From Candidatus Parcubacteria bacterium (GTDB taxonomy: Bacteria; Patescibacteriota; Minisyncoccia; Sungbacterales; SURF-37): a stretch of DNA of 60,811 bases. Shown piece after piece: positions 26,601-36,289 of this stretch (position 1 is the first letter of the stretch; the number at the start of each line of letters is the position of its first letter). The translations under genes and the position numbers were made by a program. Under the pieces are notes generated by a model. The model searched no databases, had not been told where the DNA came from, and saw only the letters and a program-made list of their open reading frames with translations. Where the stretch lies: NCBI GenBank assembly GCA_003599755.1, contig QZJO01000003.1, positions 1-60,811 on the forward strand, given 5' to 3'.

Positions 26601-26810
26601 CGGAGGGTGCAGGACTCGAACCTTCAAGGATCCCGCAACTTCCGCGAACAAAGCGGGCATTGAAGTCGGCGAGGATCCCGTGCCTCTCGAACCGACGATT
26701 GAGGAGATGCGACACTGGTTCGCGGAAGTGCGGGATCACGCACTCTGACCTCACTTCGTTCGGGACGGTGCGGTTACTTTCGCCCACCGGTTTTCAAGAC
26801 CGGTGCATGG
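26601..26810 (-). pseudogene. tRNA-Ser(TGA)-like remnant with a large hairpin in place of the variable arm
   Basis: Arm CACCGGT-CTTGAAA-ACCGGTG 26785-26805; T-arm and ACCCTCCG end 26601-26623; 20-bp IR 26629-26649 / 26718-26737; no 5' acceptor seen. Confidence 0.6.
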
Positions 26811-26853
26811 TTCCGCCTTGTTTGGCGAAAACCCGGGCTTTTTAGATCCGTAG

Positions 26854-26940
26854 CGGAGGAGGTGAGATTCGAACTCACGAAGGGATTGCTCCCTTAACGG
26901 TTTTCAAGACCGTCCCATTCAACCACTCTGGCACTCCTCC
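26854..26940 (-). tRNA. tRNA-Ser(TGA)
   Basis: Class II cloverleaf; arm ACGGT-CTTGAAA-ACCGT; G73. Confidence 0.95.
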
Positions 26941-27024
26941 TCCGCTCCGGCTCCAATGCAAAGTACGCCCGTTGGAAGCGAATATCTTCGCTTCAAACCC
27001 ATTCTGCCAACCTCTTATTTAAGT

Positions 27025-27224
27025 CTCCCTCGGAGGCGGAAGGATTCCGGCGCTCTGCGCCTAGAACCGTCGCGGCACGCGCACTTCGTGCGCTAACGCC
27101 GCTCTTTGAAACCTTGCGGTTTCAATACTTCCACCACAGGGAAACTTCCGTTTCCCCGACCCCTTTCCCAGGTTCGAATCTTCCACTCCTCAGTCACTTC
27201 GCTCCCTCGGAGGCGGAAGGATTC
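27025..27224. repeat. 23-bp direct repeat of the tRNA-Ser(GCT) 3' end enclosing hairpins
   Basis: CTCCCTCGGAGGCGGAAGGATTC at 27025-27047 and 27202-27224. Confidence 0.75.
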
Positions 27225-27295
27225 GAACCTTCGAGGGGCTTTTGGCCCCTAACGCATTAGCAGTGCGCTGCATTCGGCCACTCTGCCACGCCTCC
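27208..27295 (-). tRNA. tRNA-Ser(GCT)
   Basis: Class II cloverleaf; arm GCGCA-CTGCTAA-TGCGT. Confidence 0.95.
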
Positions 27296-27323
27296 TTTAT
27301 TCTGGGGCACGATAGCATATTTC

Positions 27324-28022
27324 CTATCCTTTGGCGATAACTACGGCCCAAATCGTCCGGGCTCCGTGCGCGCGGAGCGTCCGCGCGGCTTCCCGCAGCG
27401 TGGCGCCTGATGTCGCGACGTCATCCAAGAGAATTATTTTTTGGGGCACAGATACGCGGGGATCGCCGATGCCAAAGGCATCGGCGACATTGGCTTGTCG
27501 CGCGGCATGGGATTCCAGCGAGGATTGCGGCGGCGTGCCGCGGGTCCGGCGGAGCAGGGGCCGGAGGGGAATGCCGCTCGCCCGGGAAAGCGCGCGGCCG
27601 AAGAGTTCTGCTTGGTTGAACCCGCGCTCCCGTTCGCGGTTCGGATGAAGCGGAATCGGCACGAATACCGCGTCTTTGGGCAGCGAAATGTGATAGCGCG
27701 CGAGCCATCGCATTACTTCGTCGGCCAAGAGCGGAGCAAGATCCTGGACGCGATCATATTTAAAGGAATGGATAAGCGTACGCGCCAGAGGATCGCGATA
27801 GGCGAATGGCGCGATAAATCGCTGAATCCGCCATTGTTTATAGCATGAGGGACAGAGCCGGGCATCAAGCCGCCGGCTGCCGCACGCGGGGCAAGCGGGT
27901 CCGATCGGGGTAATGCCCGCGCGACAGCTTCTGCAAAGCAGTGCCCCTTCGGCCCGGCATTGCAGGCAGGCGCGCGGAAACAGGAGATCCAGGAGCCACT
28001 CGCGGACGCCGGCCGTACGCAT
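27324..28022 (-). CDS. comF: ComF family protein
   Basis: Double zinc ribbon, RERERGFNQA, LLDDVATSGATL. Confidence 0.92.
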   Translation of the reverse strand: MRTAGVREWLLDLLFPRACLQCRAEGALLCRSCRAGITPIGPACPACGSRRLDARLCPSCYKQWRIQRFIAPFAYRDPLARTLIHSFKYDRVQDLAPLLADEVMRWLARYHISLPKDAVFVPIPLHPNRERERGFNQAELFGRALSRASGIPLRPLLRRTRGTPPQSSLESHAARQANVADAFGIGDPRVSVPQKIILLDDVATSGATLREAARTLRAHGARTIWAVVIAKG

Positions 28023-28131
28023 GGGACCATACTAGCGGATCTGAATTGAGCGCTGTGCACACCGTATCGAAGCATTGCCATGGTATACTGAACATGCGCT
28101 ATTTTGTTTGGTCCGCTCGACGTTTCAGCGG

Positions 28132-29232
28132 ATGCGTATACCGTTTCTCCAAAATCTACGGTTTCCCGCGATCTCGCTCTGGGGCTTCGGACCAGCGAGT
28201 TTTGTTGGCATTGACGTTGGTAGCGACTCGGCCAAGGTAGTACAATTAAGAAAAGAGCGCGCACGCGCGGTACTCGAAACGTACGGTGAATTGCGCACGG
28301 GACACTATTTTGCCAAAGATGCGCCCAGCGCGTCGGCGGGATTCCTCGGCGCATCGGACGAATCGATTGCCAACGTCCTGGTAGACCTGGTTCGCGAGGC
28401 AAAAGTGACGACGCGCCGAGCCGTTTTTTCCATACCGGCGACCGCAAGTTTTCTCACCGTCATTCCATTGCCGCTCTTGGACGAATCCGAAATCGCCGCA
28501 GCCGTGCCCTTTGAGGCCAAAAAATACATTCCCATGCCGACCAGCGACGTTGCCCTGGATTGGGAGCTCGTGAGCCGTAACGAACAGGAGCGCCGCGTGG
28601 AGGTGCTGCTTGCCGCGGTACCCGCGGAGCTCATCGCCAAATACCAGCGCGTGGCCGAACTCGCGAAGCTTCGGGCCGAGGCCATGGAAATCGAGAGTTT
28701 CAGCTTGGCGCGTTCACTCTTGATGGGGGATCGCGGCGTATCGGCAGTGATCAACTGGGGCGCGATCGTGACCACGCTTTCGATCGTAGACCAGGGGCGT
28801 ATCCGCGCGAACCATAATTTCGGCCGCGGATCGTTCGAGATCACGACCGCCCTCGCGCAGACTCTCGGCGTCAATCTGGAGCGAGCCGAGGCGATGAAGC
28901 GGGAAGTCGGCCTTTCCGAGAAGCCGGAGGAGCGGCAAATCACCGAAATCATCGGGCCGATCGTGGACGCCGCTCTGACCGATATCGAACGAGCCATGAC
29001 CGCCTATAACCAGCGCGCCGAGCGGCGCATCGAAAAAATAATTTTGACCGGCGGCGGCTCCAATCTGGCCGGCGTCGTACCGTATATCGCGAAACACTTT
29101 GATCTGGAGACGGCGATTGGCAATCCGTTCGTCCGCACCGTATACCCCGCGTTTTTGGAGCCCGTACTCCGGGAGATCGCGCCGAATTTCGCGATCGCGA
29201 CGGGCGCGGCATTACGCCAAATAACCGTATGA
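28132..29232 (+). CDS. pilM: Type IV pilus assembly protein PilM (cluster 1)
   Basis: GIDVGS, EAKKYIP, ILTGGGSNL actin-like motifs. Confidence 0.92.
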   Translation: MRIPFLQNLRFPAISLWGFGPASFVGIDVGSDSAKVVQLRKERARAVLETYGELRTGHYFAKDAPSASAGFLGASDESIANVLVDLVREAKVTTRRAVFSIPATASFLTVIPLPLLDESEIAAAVPFEAKKYIPMPTSDVALDWELVSRNEQERRVEVLLAAVPAELIAKYQRVAELAKLRAEAMEIESFSLARSLLMGDRGVSAVINWGAIVTTLSIVDQGRIRANHNFGRGSFEITTALAQTLGVNLERAEAMKREVGLSEKPEERQITEIIGPIVDAALTDIERAMTAYNQRAERRIEKIILTGGGSNLAGVVPYIAKHFDLETAIGNPFVRTVYPAFLEPVLREIAPNFAIATGAALRQITV

Positions 29233-29327
29233 CCTTTCGATGCAACTCAGGGCGAGGATGCGAAACGCCAGCGCATATGCGCCAAAGATGTTTTTGCCTT
29301 ACTCGTGGTGAGTTTATCGAACCATGA
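29229..29327 (+). mobile_element. 99-nt MITE-like element, family A, copy 1, ATGA-bounded
   Basis: 89/99 identical to 32965-33063; imperfect terminal IR. Confidence 0.8.
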
Positions 29328-29893
29328 TCGATCCGCGGCCGGCATTTATTCCGCATCCGACGGTCCAGCCCCAAAGCCGGCCGCTCATGATCATCGGCGC
29401 CAACTGGTTCTTTACCGTGGGCATGATCGTGTTCGTGCTTGGCGCGCTCGCGACCGCGGGCGTATTCGGCTACAAGGGATACTTGCAGCGTGTCCGCGCC
29501 GGAGAAATGGATGCCGTGCGCGCGCGCGAACAGCAATTGCGCTCGAGCCAAGCCCTTGAGGAGATCACGGCGTTTTCCCAATCCCTTGCCGCTGCGCAAA
29601 ACCTCCTGCAGGACCACGTGTTCCCGACGAGCATTCTTCGGCTCTTGGAAGATACGACGCATCAGAACGTGCAGCTGCGAACGCTTTCGTTCAACCGCGG
29701 CGAGCGGCGCGTGGCGCTTTCCGGCATTGCGCGATCCTACCAGACGGTTGCGGAGCAGATCATGGTTTTGGAGTCGAGCCCCCATGTGGAGCGAGTGACG
29801 TTCGGTGGACTCGCCAGCGATGCGCAGAATCGCGTTTCATTTACCATGACGCTGACGCTGCGGCCGTCCGCATTTGGCTATCGAGAACCATAA
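29324..29893 (+). CDS. pilN: PilN-like protein
   Basis: Single TM, LSGIA.SY..VAEQI pattern, synteny. Confidence 0.75.
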   Translation: MIDPRPAFIPHPTVQPQSRPLMIIGANWFFTVGMIVFVLGALATAGVFGYKGYLQRVRAGEMDAVRAREQQLRSSQALEEITAFSQSLAAAQNLLQDHVFPTSILRLLEDTTHQNVQLRTLSFNRGERRVALSGIARSYQTVAEQIMVLESSPHVERVTFGGLASDAQNRVSFTMTLTLRPSAFGYREP

Positions 29894-29897
29894 CTCC

Positions 29898-30431
29898 ATG
29901 CGCTCACTGCTCGGGATAATTCTGTTCGGCATCGGCATCGGCCTTGCGGCATTCGTCGCATGGCCGCAGTGGGACGCCATCGCGACAATCGAGGCGGACA
30001 CCGAGGCGATTCGGCAACTAAAAGCCGAGATAGAGCAGCTAATCGCTCACCGCGACCGGCTCTTGGCGGAGCGCGAGGCCATTGACCCTGCCGATATCCG
30101 GCGGATCGAGGCCATGGCGCCCCGCGGGGTCGAAGAAAAGGAATTGATTCGAACCATGGAAACGCTCGCGCTCCAGCATGGATTGCAGCTGCGGGATCTG
30201 ACGATCGAGCCGAGTGCGCAAAGCGCGGGCGTCGGCACGCCGTCCGAAACCGCGTATACCGCCGTACCGATCCATGTCACGGTCGTAGGCAACCTTACGG
30301 CATTCCGGCAATTTCTCTCTTCCGTGGAACAGAATTTGCGTCTGATTGATGTGGTGCAATTGTCTCTGAACGCGCCGGATGGCAACGCGGTGGCGTTCCC
30401 CGTCGAGAGCAACGTATATTATCGCCCATGA
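29898..30431 (+). CDS. pilO: PilO-like protein
   Basis: TM, coiled coil, GNL..F..FLSSVEQNLRLIDV. Confidence 0.8.
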   Translation: MRSLLGIILFGIGIGLAAFVAWPQWDAIATIEADTEAIRQLKAEIEQLIAHRDRLLAEREAIDPADIRRIEAMAPRGVEEKELIRTMETLALQHGLQLRDLTIEPSAQSAGVGTPSETAYTAVPIHVTVVGNLTAFRQFLSSVEQNLRLIDVVQLSLNAPDGNAVAFPVESNVYYRP

Positions 30432-30718
30432 CCGCGACCATATCCGACAATTTGAAAATCTTGCTTGCCGTCGCGATTCTCTTGGGCGTGGGATTCATCT
30501 GGTATATGTACATCGGCCCGATTCTCGATGCGCCCGAAGCAGTGTATGCGGAGACGGTCATTGATCCGGAGAATCTCCGGCGCTACCGGCGATTGAACGC
30601 CGCGTCGTTCAATCTGGAATTCTTTACGGGGCCGGAATTCCGCGGCTTGCAAAGCCCGCCGCTTACGGCAACGTCGTCGCTTCCGGCCGGCCGGCCGAAC
30701 CCCTTCGCGCCATTCTAA
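30428..30718 (+). CDS. Small TM protein in the PilP position
   Basis: ATGA coupling; GRPNPFAPF end. Confidence 0.65.
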   Translation: MTATISDNLKILLAVAILLGVGFIWYMYIGPILDAPEAVYAETVIDPENLRRYRRLNAASFNLEFFTGPEFRGLQSPPLTATSSLPAGRPNPFAPF

Positions 30719-30749
30719 GGCGCTTGGTCATGGTTCAGATGCGCAATTC

Positions 30750-32474
30750 ATGGCAAAAACCGTACTCGATATCCTTGCCGCCAACGGCGCGATCACGAAA
30801 GAGCAGGCGGCCGAGGCGAAGGAGCGGATAAAAGACGAGCGCCGGCCCATCGATGAGGTCGCAACCGCACTCGGCGTTTCCGAGCGCGATTTTGTCATGG
30901 CGCAGAGCGAACTTTTGAAAATTCCCGTCAAATTCCTGAACGGCCGGCAGGTGCCGTTCGATGTCTTGAAGGCCATCCCCGAGGACTCGGCGCGGTTCTA
31001 CCAGACCGTGCCGTTGGGCGAGGCCAACGGCATGCTCGAGGTGGGCATGGTGCATCCCGAAGACGTCAACGCGCAGGAAGCGCTGAAGTTCATTTCCTCG
31101 CGCATGAACCGGCCGTTCAAGGTGTTTCTCGTCACGCCGTCGGATCTGAAAAAAGTCCTCGAGTCATATCGCGGCTTGTCGGGCGAAGTGACCGAAGCGC
31201 TCTCGCAGTTCAGCCAAGATTTGGCCGATGAGTCGGTGCGTATCGCCGGTGGCACGCGAGCCGAGCCGGGCGGAAATTCCCCCGAGGAGGCGCCGATCAC
31301 GAAAATGGTTGCGGTTATTTTGCGCCACGCCGTCGAGGGGCGGGCATCGGACATCCATGTCGAGCCCGGACGCGATAAATTGCGGGTGCGCTTTCGCGTG
31401 GACGGGGTGCTCTATACCAGTTTGTTTCTGCCCTTGAATGTGCACAGCGCCGTCATCACGCGCATTAAAATCATGTCGAACCTGAAGATCGACGAGATGC
31501 GCGTACCGCAGGACGGTCGCTTTCACGCGCAAGTGGTAGGAAAAGAGATCGACGTGCGCGTTGCCACGTTTCCCACGAGTTTCGGGGAAAAAGTAGTGAT
31601 GCGGATTCTTGATCCGGAAGTCGGCATCAAGACGCTGCCGGAGCTCGGCCTCGAAGGGCGGAATCTTGCGGCGCTCGAGGAGGCGATCAGGCGGCCCTAT
31701 GGCCTGATCGTGATCAGCGGGCCGACCGGCTCGGGCAAGTCCACGACGCTCTATGCGCTTCTGAATATTTTGAATCAGGAAGGCCGTAATATCGTTTCGC
31801 TCGAAGACCCGATCGAATATCTGATCTCGGGCGTGAACCAATCGCAGGTACGGCCCGAGATCGGCTACGACTTTGCCAACGGTCTGCGCCAAATTCTCCG
31901 CCAGGACCCGGACATCATCATGGTCGGCGAAATCCGCGACGGCGAGACCGCTCAATTGGCGATCCATGCCGCGCTGACCGGCCACCTCGTGCTCACGACG
32001 CTGCATACGAACAACGCCGTCGGCATCGTGCCGCGGCTCGTAGACATGGGCGTGGAGCCGTTTTTGCTCTCATCCACGCTTGTGCTCGGCGTCGCACAGC
32101 GGCTTGCGCGGCGCCTCTGCGAGGATTCGCGCAAAGAAGTAAAAATCGAGGGCCGCGCGCGGGAAATTATCGACGAGGCGATCGCGGATATGCCGCAGGC
32201 GATGCGATCCGAATACGAGGCCGCCGCCAAACGCGGCGTGATGTGGGAAGGCGTCGCATCGCCGACCTGCCCCAAAGCGACCCGCGGGCGCATCGGACTT
32301 TTCGAAGTGGTCGAGATGACGCCGGAATTGGAAAAAATCATTCTGACCGGCATTTCGGAGACGAAGATTCAAGCCGAAGCGCGCCGCCAGGGCATGGCGA
32401 CCATGCGCCAGGACGGCATCCAAAAAGTCCTTCAAGGCGCGATTGGTATTCGCGAACTACTCGAAGTAGTATAA
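30750..32474 (+). CDS. pilB: PilB/GspE assembly ATPase (cluster 1)
   Basis: ASDIHVEP, GPTGSGKST, LRQDPD, GHLVLTTLH. Confidence 0.95.
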   Translation: MAKTVLDILAANGAITKEQAAEAKERIKDERRPIDEVATALGVSERDFVMAQSELLKIPVKFLNGRQVPFDVLKAIPEDSARFYQTVPLGEANGMLEVGMVHPEDVNAQEALKFISSRMNRPFKVFLVTPSDLKKVLESYRGLSGEVTEALSQFSQDLADESVRIAGGTRAEPGGNSPEEAPITKMVAVILRHAVEGRASDIHVEPGRDKLRVRFRVDGVLYTSLFLPLNVHSAVITRIKIMSNLKIDEMRVPQDGRFHAQVVGKEIDVRVATFPTSFGEKVVMRILDPEVGIKTLPELGLEGRNLAALEEAIRRPYGLIVISGPTGSGKSTTLYALLNILNQEGRNIVSLEDPIEYLISGVNQSQVRPEIGYDFANGLRQILRQDPDIIMVGEIRDGETAQLAIHAALTGHLVLTTLHTNNAVGIVPRLVDMGVEPFLLSSTLVLGVAQRLARRLCEDSRKEVKIEGRAREIIDEAIADMPQAMRSEYEAAAKRGVMWEGVASPTCPKATRGRIGLFEVVEMTPELEKIILTGISETKIQAEARRQGMATMRQDGIQKVLQGAIGIRELLEVV

Positions 32475-32584
32475 GGAAGAGCTATGCCCGGTAGTGCAAT
32501 GCAAGCAAGTTCTGCCGCGCATTCAGTTCCGGAAAACTCCGCGACCGTTTTGGTAATCAACCGCTATTCGTTGTACTGCCGGGT

Positions 32585-32968
32585 ATGAAAATCCTGATCG
32601 TCGATGATGATCCGTTCGTCGTTGAGATGTACGGACTGAAACTGAAATCCGCGGGGCATACCGTGGAATCCGCCGAAGACGGCCAGCGCGGCATGGAAAT
32701 GATCATGCGCGGCGGATGGGACGTGGTGCTGCTCGATATCGTGTTGCCGATTCTTGATGGATTCGAGGTGCTCGAAGCGCTCCGCCGCAGGGGTGCGGCG
32801 CATCCGCCGATCATTTTGCTGACCAATGTAGGCGAGCGCGCGGATATCGATCGCGGCCTCCTGCTCGGCGCGGCCGATTACCTCGTCAAAACGCATTTCA
32901 CGCCTGCCGAAGTGCTTGCCAAAGTAGAAGCGGCCGCCAATCACGCGGCTGCCGCACCGCAACCATGA
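32585..32968 (+). CDS. Receiver-only response regulator
   Basis: IVDDD, LLDIVLP, LTN, YLVK. Confidence 0.92.
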   Translation: MKILIVDDDPFVVEMYGLKLKSAGHTVESAEDGQRGMEMIMRGGWDVVLLDIVLPILDGFEVLEALRRRGAAHPPIILLTNVGERADIDRGLLLGAADYLVKTHFTPAEVLAKVEAAANHAAAAPQP

Positions 32969-33063
32969 CCCTTCGACTCCGCTCAGGGCGAGAATACGAA
33001 ACACCAGCGCATATGCGCCAAAGATGTTTTTGCCTTACTCGTGGTGAGCTTGTCGAACCATGA
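32965..33063 (+). mobile_element. 99-nt MITE-like element, family A, copy 2, ATGA-bounded
   Basis: TTCGAC..GCTCA..CGAG / CTCG..TGAGC..GTCGAA arms. Confidence 0.8.
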
Positions 33064-34124
33064 CTGACCAATTCGACGCCCTTTTGGAAGTCGTCCTGAA
33101 GGAAAACGCCTCCGACCTGCATTTGTCCGTGGGTCGGCGGCCGACGATTCGCGTCGCGGGCGCACTGATCGAACTTGGCCGGTTCCCGATTTTGACGCCG
33201 GCCGCGGCCAAGGAAATCATCATGGCGATTCTTGCTCCAGGGCAACAGGAGCGGTTTTTGGCGGAAAAAGAACTCGATTTTTCATACGGTTTTCGCGAGA
33301 ACAAGGCGCGGTTCCGCGTGAACGTATTTTTCCAGCGCGGATTCATGGGTGCCGCACTCCGGTTGATCCCGTCCAAAATCCGTACGTTCGAGGAACTCGG
33401 CCTGCCGCCGACCATCGCGGAATTTTGCGAGCGGCAGCAAGGATTCTTGCTCGTGGTGGGTCCGACGGGCCACGGCAAATCCACGACGCTCGCCGCCATG
33501 ATCGACTACATCAATCATCGCCGCACCGACCACATCATTACGGTCGAGGATCCGATCGAGTATCTGTTTACGCCGGACCGCGCCATCGTGGATCAGCGCG
33601 AGGTGGGTGCGGATACGACGAGTTTCCCCCGCGCGCTCAAGTCGGTGTTCCGCGAAGACGTGGACGTGGTGATGATCGGCGAAATGCGCGACGCCGAGAC
33701 CATGGGCACCGCGGTTACCGCGGCCGAGACCGGTCATTTGATTTTCTCGTCGCTGCATACCAACTCCGCATCCCAAACGATCGATCGTATCATCGACAGC
33801 TTTCCGTCGCATCAGCAGGGCCAAATTCGAGCGCAAATGGCGGCTACGCTCGTCGGCATCATTTCGCAGCGCCTGATCCCGCGCGTGCAGGGAGGCCTGG
33901 TACCCGCGGTGGAGTTGATGATCGCCACGCCGGCGGTACGCAATTTGATCCGCGAAGGCAAGCAGCACGAAATTGATTTCGTGATCGAGACCAGCTCCGA
34001 CCAGGGCATGACCAGTTTGAACCGGGCGCTCGCGGATTTGGTCCGAAGGAACGAGATCACCCTCGAAAACGCGGCAACCTATTCGCTGAATCCTCAGGAA
34101 TTGGCGGTGCTGTTGCGGCGCTAA
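33060..34124 (+). CDS. pilT: PilT retraction ATPase
   Basis: ASDLHL, GPTGHGKST, GEMRD, AVRNLIRE. Confidence 0.96.
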   Translation: MTDQFDALLEVVLKENASDLHLSVGRRPTIRVAGALIELGRFPILTPAAAKEIIMAILAPGQQERFLAEKELDFSYGFRENKARFRVNVFFQRGFMGAALRLIPSKIRTFEELGLPPTIAEFCERQQGFLLVVGPTGHGKSTTLAAMIDYINHRRTDHIITVEDPIEYLFTPDRAIVDQREVGADTTSFPRALKSVFREDVDVVMIGEMRDAETMGTAVTAAETGHLIFSSLHTNSASQTIDRIIDSFPSHQQGQIRAQMAATLVGIISQRLIPRVQGGLVPAVELMIATPAVRNLIREGKQHEIDFVIETSSDQGMTSLNRALADLVRRNEITLENAATYSLNPQELAVLLRR

Positions 34125-34137
34125 CGAACGGGTGCAC

Positions 34138-34308
34138 GAAATTCGAGGCACGAATACCGAAATCCGAAACAATGTCTAAATTTATAAATGACCGAATGAC
34201 GAAAACGCACGGATGCTTTTATTGGGAACATTCGGGTTTGTCTCGGATTTCGCCCGCCTCGCCCGACTCGGGACAAGTCGGGGCTGGGAATTTCGGATCT
34301 CGGGTTTC
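34138..34308. mobile_element. MITE-like palindromic element, family B, copy 2
   Basis: GAAATTCGAGGCACGAA start, AATGACCGAA core, GAATTTCGGATCTCGGGTTTC end. Confidence 0.55.
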
Positions 34309-34319
34309 ACTCTGTTGAT

Positions 34320-35537
34320 ATGGCACGGTTCACTTATCGAGCGCGGACCAAAGGCGGGGAACTGAAAACCGGCACCGTGGAGGCGCGCTCGGCGGACGCG
34401 GCCATCGAGTCGCTCCAGCGGGCCGAATTTATCGTGACCGATATCCAAGCCGCCGGCGGAGCGGATATTGCCGCGACGTCGATTACGGTGCCGTTTTTGC
34501 AGGGTATCAAGGCCAAAGATATCGTCGTGTTCTCGCGTCAGCTCGCCACGCTTCTGGAAGCGAAAGTGCCGATCACGCAGTCGTTCAAGACGCTCGCCGA
34601 AGAGTCCGACAATCCGAAAATCCGGCAAATCATCCAGGCCGTGCTCGATGACGTGAGCGCCGGCTCGGCGCTTTCGCAGGCCTTCAGCCGCCATCCGGAA
34701 ATGTTCTCGCCGTTTTACGTCAATCTCATCCGGGCGGCCGAGGAATCGGGAAAGCTCGAGGACATTTTTTCATATCTGGCCGACCATCTCGAGCGCTCGT
34801 ACGAACTATCGGCCAAGGCGCGCCACGCCCTGATCTATCCGGCGTTCATTCTGACCGCGTTCATTATCGTCATCGTCGTGATGCTCGTCGTCGTCATTCC
34901 GCGTTTTACGGTGCTCTTCGAAGAACTTGGGCAAGAGCCACCGCTCTATACGCGCATTCTCATCGGCTTCTCCGGATTCTTGCGCCAATGGGGGGTGCTC
35001 GTGCTCGCGGCATTGGGCGCGGGCGTTATTGGCCTTTGGCGATGGATGCAAACGCCCAAGGGAGCGCTCTGGCTCGATCGGCTCATGATTGATATCCCGA
35101 TTTTCGGGAATCTCTTGCGCAAGATGTATCTGGCGCGGTTTGCGGATAACCTTTCGATTCTCATTGACGCCGGCGTGCCCATTATCCGGGCGCTCGAGAT
35201 CGCGGCCGACGTCATTTCGAATCGCGTTTATAAGACGATTATCATGGAGGCGCGCGAGTCCGTGCGCGCCGGCAATACCATCAGCGATGCTCTGGAGCCG
35301 TACCGCGAGATGCCCAAACTCGTGACCCAAATGGTCCGCATCGGCGAAGAATCCGGCCGCTTGGATTTCATTCTCAAGCGGACGGCCAAGTATTACCGGC
35401 AGGAAGTCGATGACCTCTTGGAGAATTTCGTATCGCTGATCGAGCCGATCCTGATCCTTGTGCTCGGCGTCGGCATCGCGTTTCTCGTGATTGCCGTGTT
35501 GGTGCCGCTCTACAACCTCTCGGCCGCGATCAGTTAG
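34320..35537 (+). CDS. pilC: PilC/GspF platform protein (cluster 1)
   Basis: FSRQLATLL, EESGKL, GEESGRLD, EPILI. Confidence 0.95.
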   Translation: MARFTYRARTKGGELKTGTVEARSADAAIESLQRAEFIVTDIQAAGGADIAATSITVPFLQGIKAKDIVVFSRQLATLLEAKVPITQSFKTLAEESDNPKIRQIIQAVLDDVSAGSALSQAFSRHPEMFSPFYVNLIRAAEESGKLEDIFSYLADHLERSYELSAKARHALIYPAFILTAFIIVIVVMLVVVIPRFTVLFEELGQEPPLYTRILIGFSGFLRQWGVLVLAALGAGVIGLWRWMQTPKGALWLDRLMIDIPIFGNLLRKMYLARFADNLSILIDAGVPIIRALEIAADVISNRVYKTIIMEARESVRAGNTISDALEPYREMPKLVTQMVRIGEESGRLDFILKRTAKYYRQEVDDLLENFVSLIEPILILVLGVGIAFLVIAVLVPLYNLSAAIS

Positions 35538-35589
35538 GCGGATATAAGAGGCCATCAGTTCGTTCCTCAGGCAACGGGTAGACGGAAAG

Positions 35590-35633
35590 TTATCCACATG
35601 GCGTTCGGATTTGGCAGGAAGAGGCGGTATACT
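35590..35633 (+). promoter_or_regulatory. Consensus DnaA box plus extended -10 upstream of the major pilin
   Basis: TTATCCACA 35590-35598; CGGTATACT 35625-35633. Confidence 0.45.
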
Positions 35634-35698
35634 GACGTATAGATAGAGAAATAACCCTTTTCTCGCGGTAAAGGTCAATTACTAATCAGTTATCTTCA

Positions 35699-36268
35699 AT
35701 GAATACGTTCACTTCGTTTTTCATGCGCGGGGACGCAAAGCGAACCGAGAAAGGGTTTACCCTGATCGAATTGCTCGTCGTTATCGCCATCATCGGCATT
35801 CTCGCGTCGATCGTTCTTGCGTCGCTCAATACGGCGCGACAAAAATCGCGTGATGCCCGCCGGATCGCGGATGTTAAACAGATTCAGCTGGCGCTGGAAC
35901 TGTTTGCTGACGGCAACAGCCAGGAATATCCTGATACGATTGCCGCACTGGTATCGCAATACATCCCCGTTGAACCAAAAGATCCGAGTACACAGTTATC
36001 GTACTCATACGATAACCTCACGAATGGTGCGGGGTGTCAGCTTTCCGATACGGCCCCCTGCGTCATCTATCACCTGGGTGCCAATCTCGAGGATTCAAAT
36101 AATCAGGCGCTTGATAATGATGCGGATGTGTGTGCAGCAGTGCCCGCAGCCGGCTGCTCTCGAGCGCTCACTGGAACAACCCTTTCGGGTATTGATGGCG
36201 GCGGCGCAACCCCCAACGACTGTATCGGAACAGGCGGGGGCGTATACTGCTACGACGTGACGAACTAG
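35699..36268 (+). CDS. pilA: Probable major type IV pilin
   Basis: KG/FTLIELLVVIAIIGILASIVL; own promoter motif and terminator; six Cys. Confidence 0.85.
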   Translation: MNTFTSFFMRGDAKRTEKGFTLIELLVVIAIIGILASIVLASLNTARQKSRDARRIADVKQIQLALELFADGNSQEYPDTIAALVSQYIPVEPKDPSTQLSYSYDNLTNGAGCQLSDTAPCVIYHLGANLEDSNNQALDNDADVCAAVPAAGCSRALTGTTLSGIDGGGATPNDCIGTGGGVYCYDVTN

Positions 36269-36289
36269 CGATTCCTATCTGGTTCGTTG

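Noticed and set aside
26542-26845. ORFs across the tRNA-Ser remnant
   Set aside because: They overlap tRNA-like arms and IRs with no coding signal
29229-33063. 99-nt repeats as a DGR template/variable pair
   Set aside because: Mismatches are not confined to adenines, both copies are intergenic, and there is no reverse transcriptase in the window
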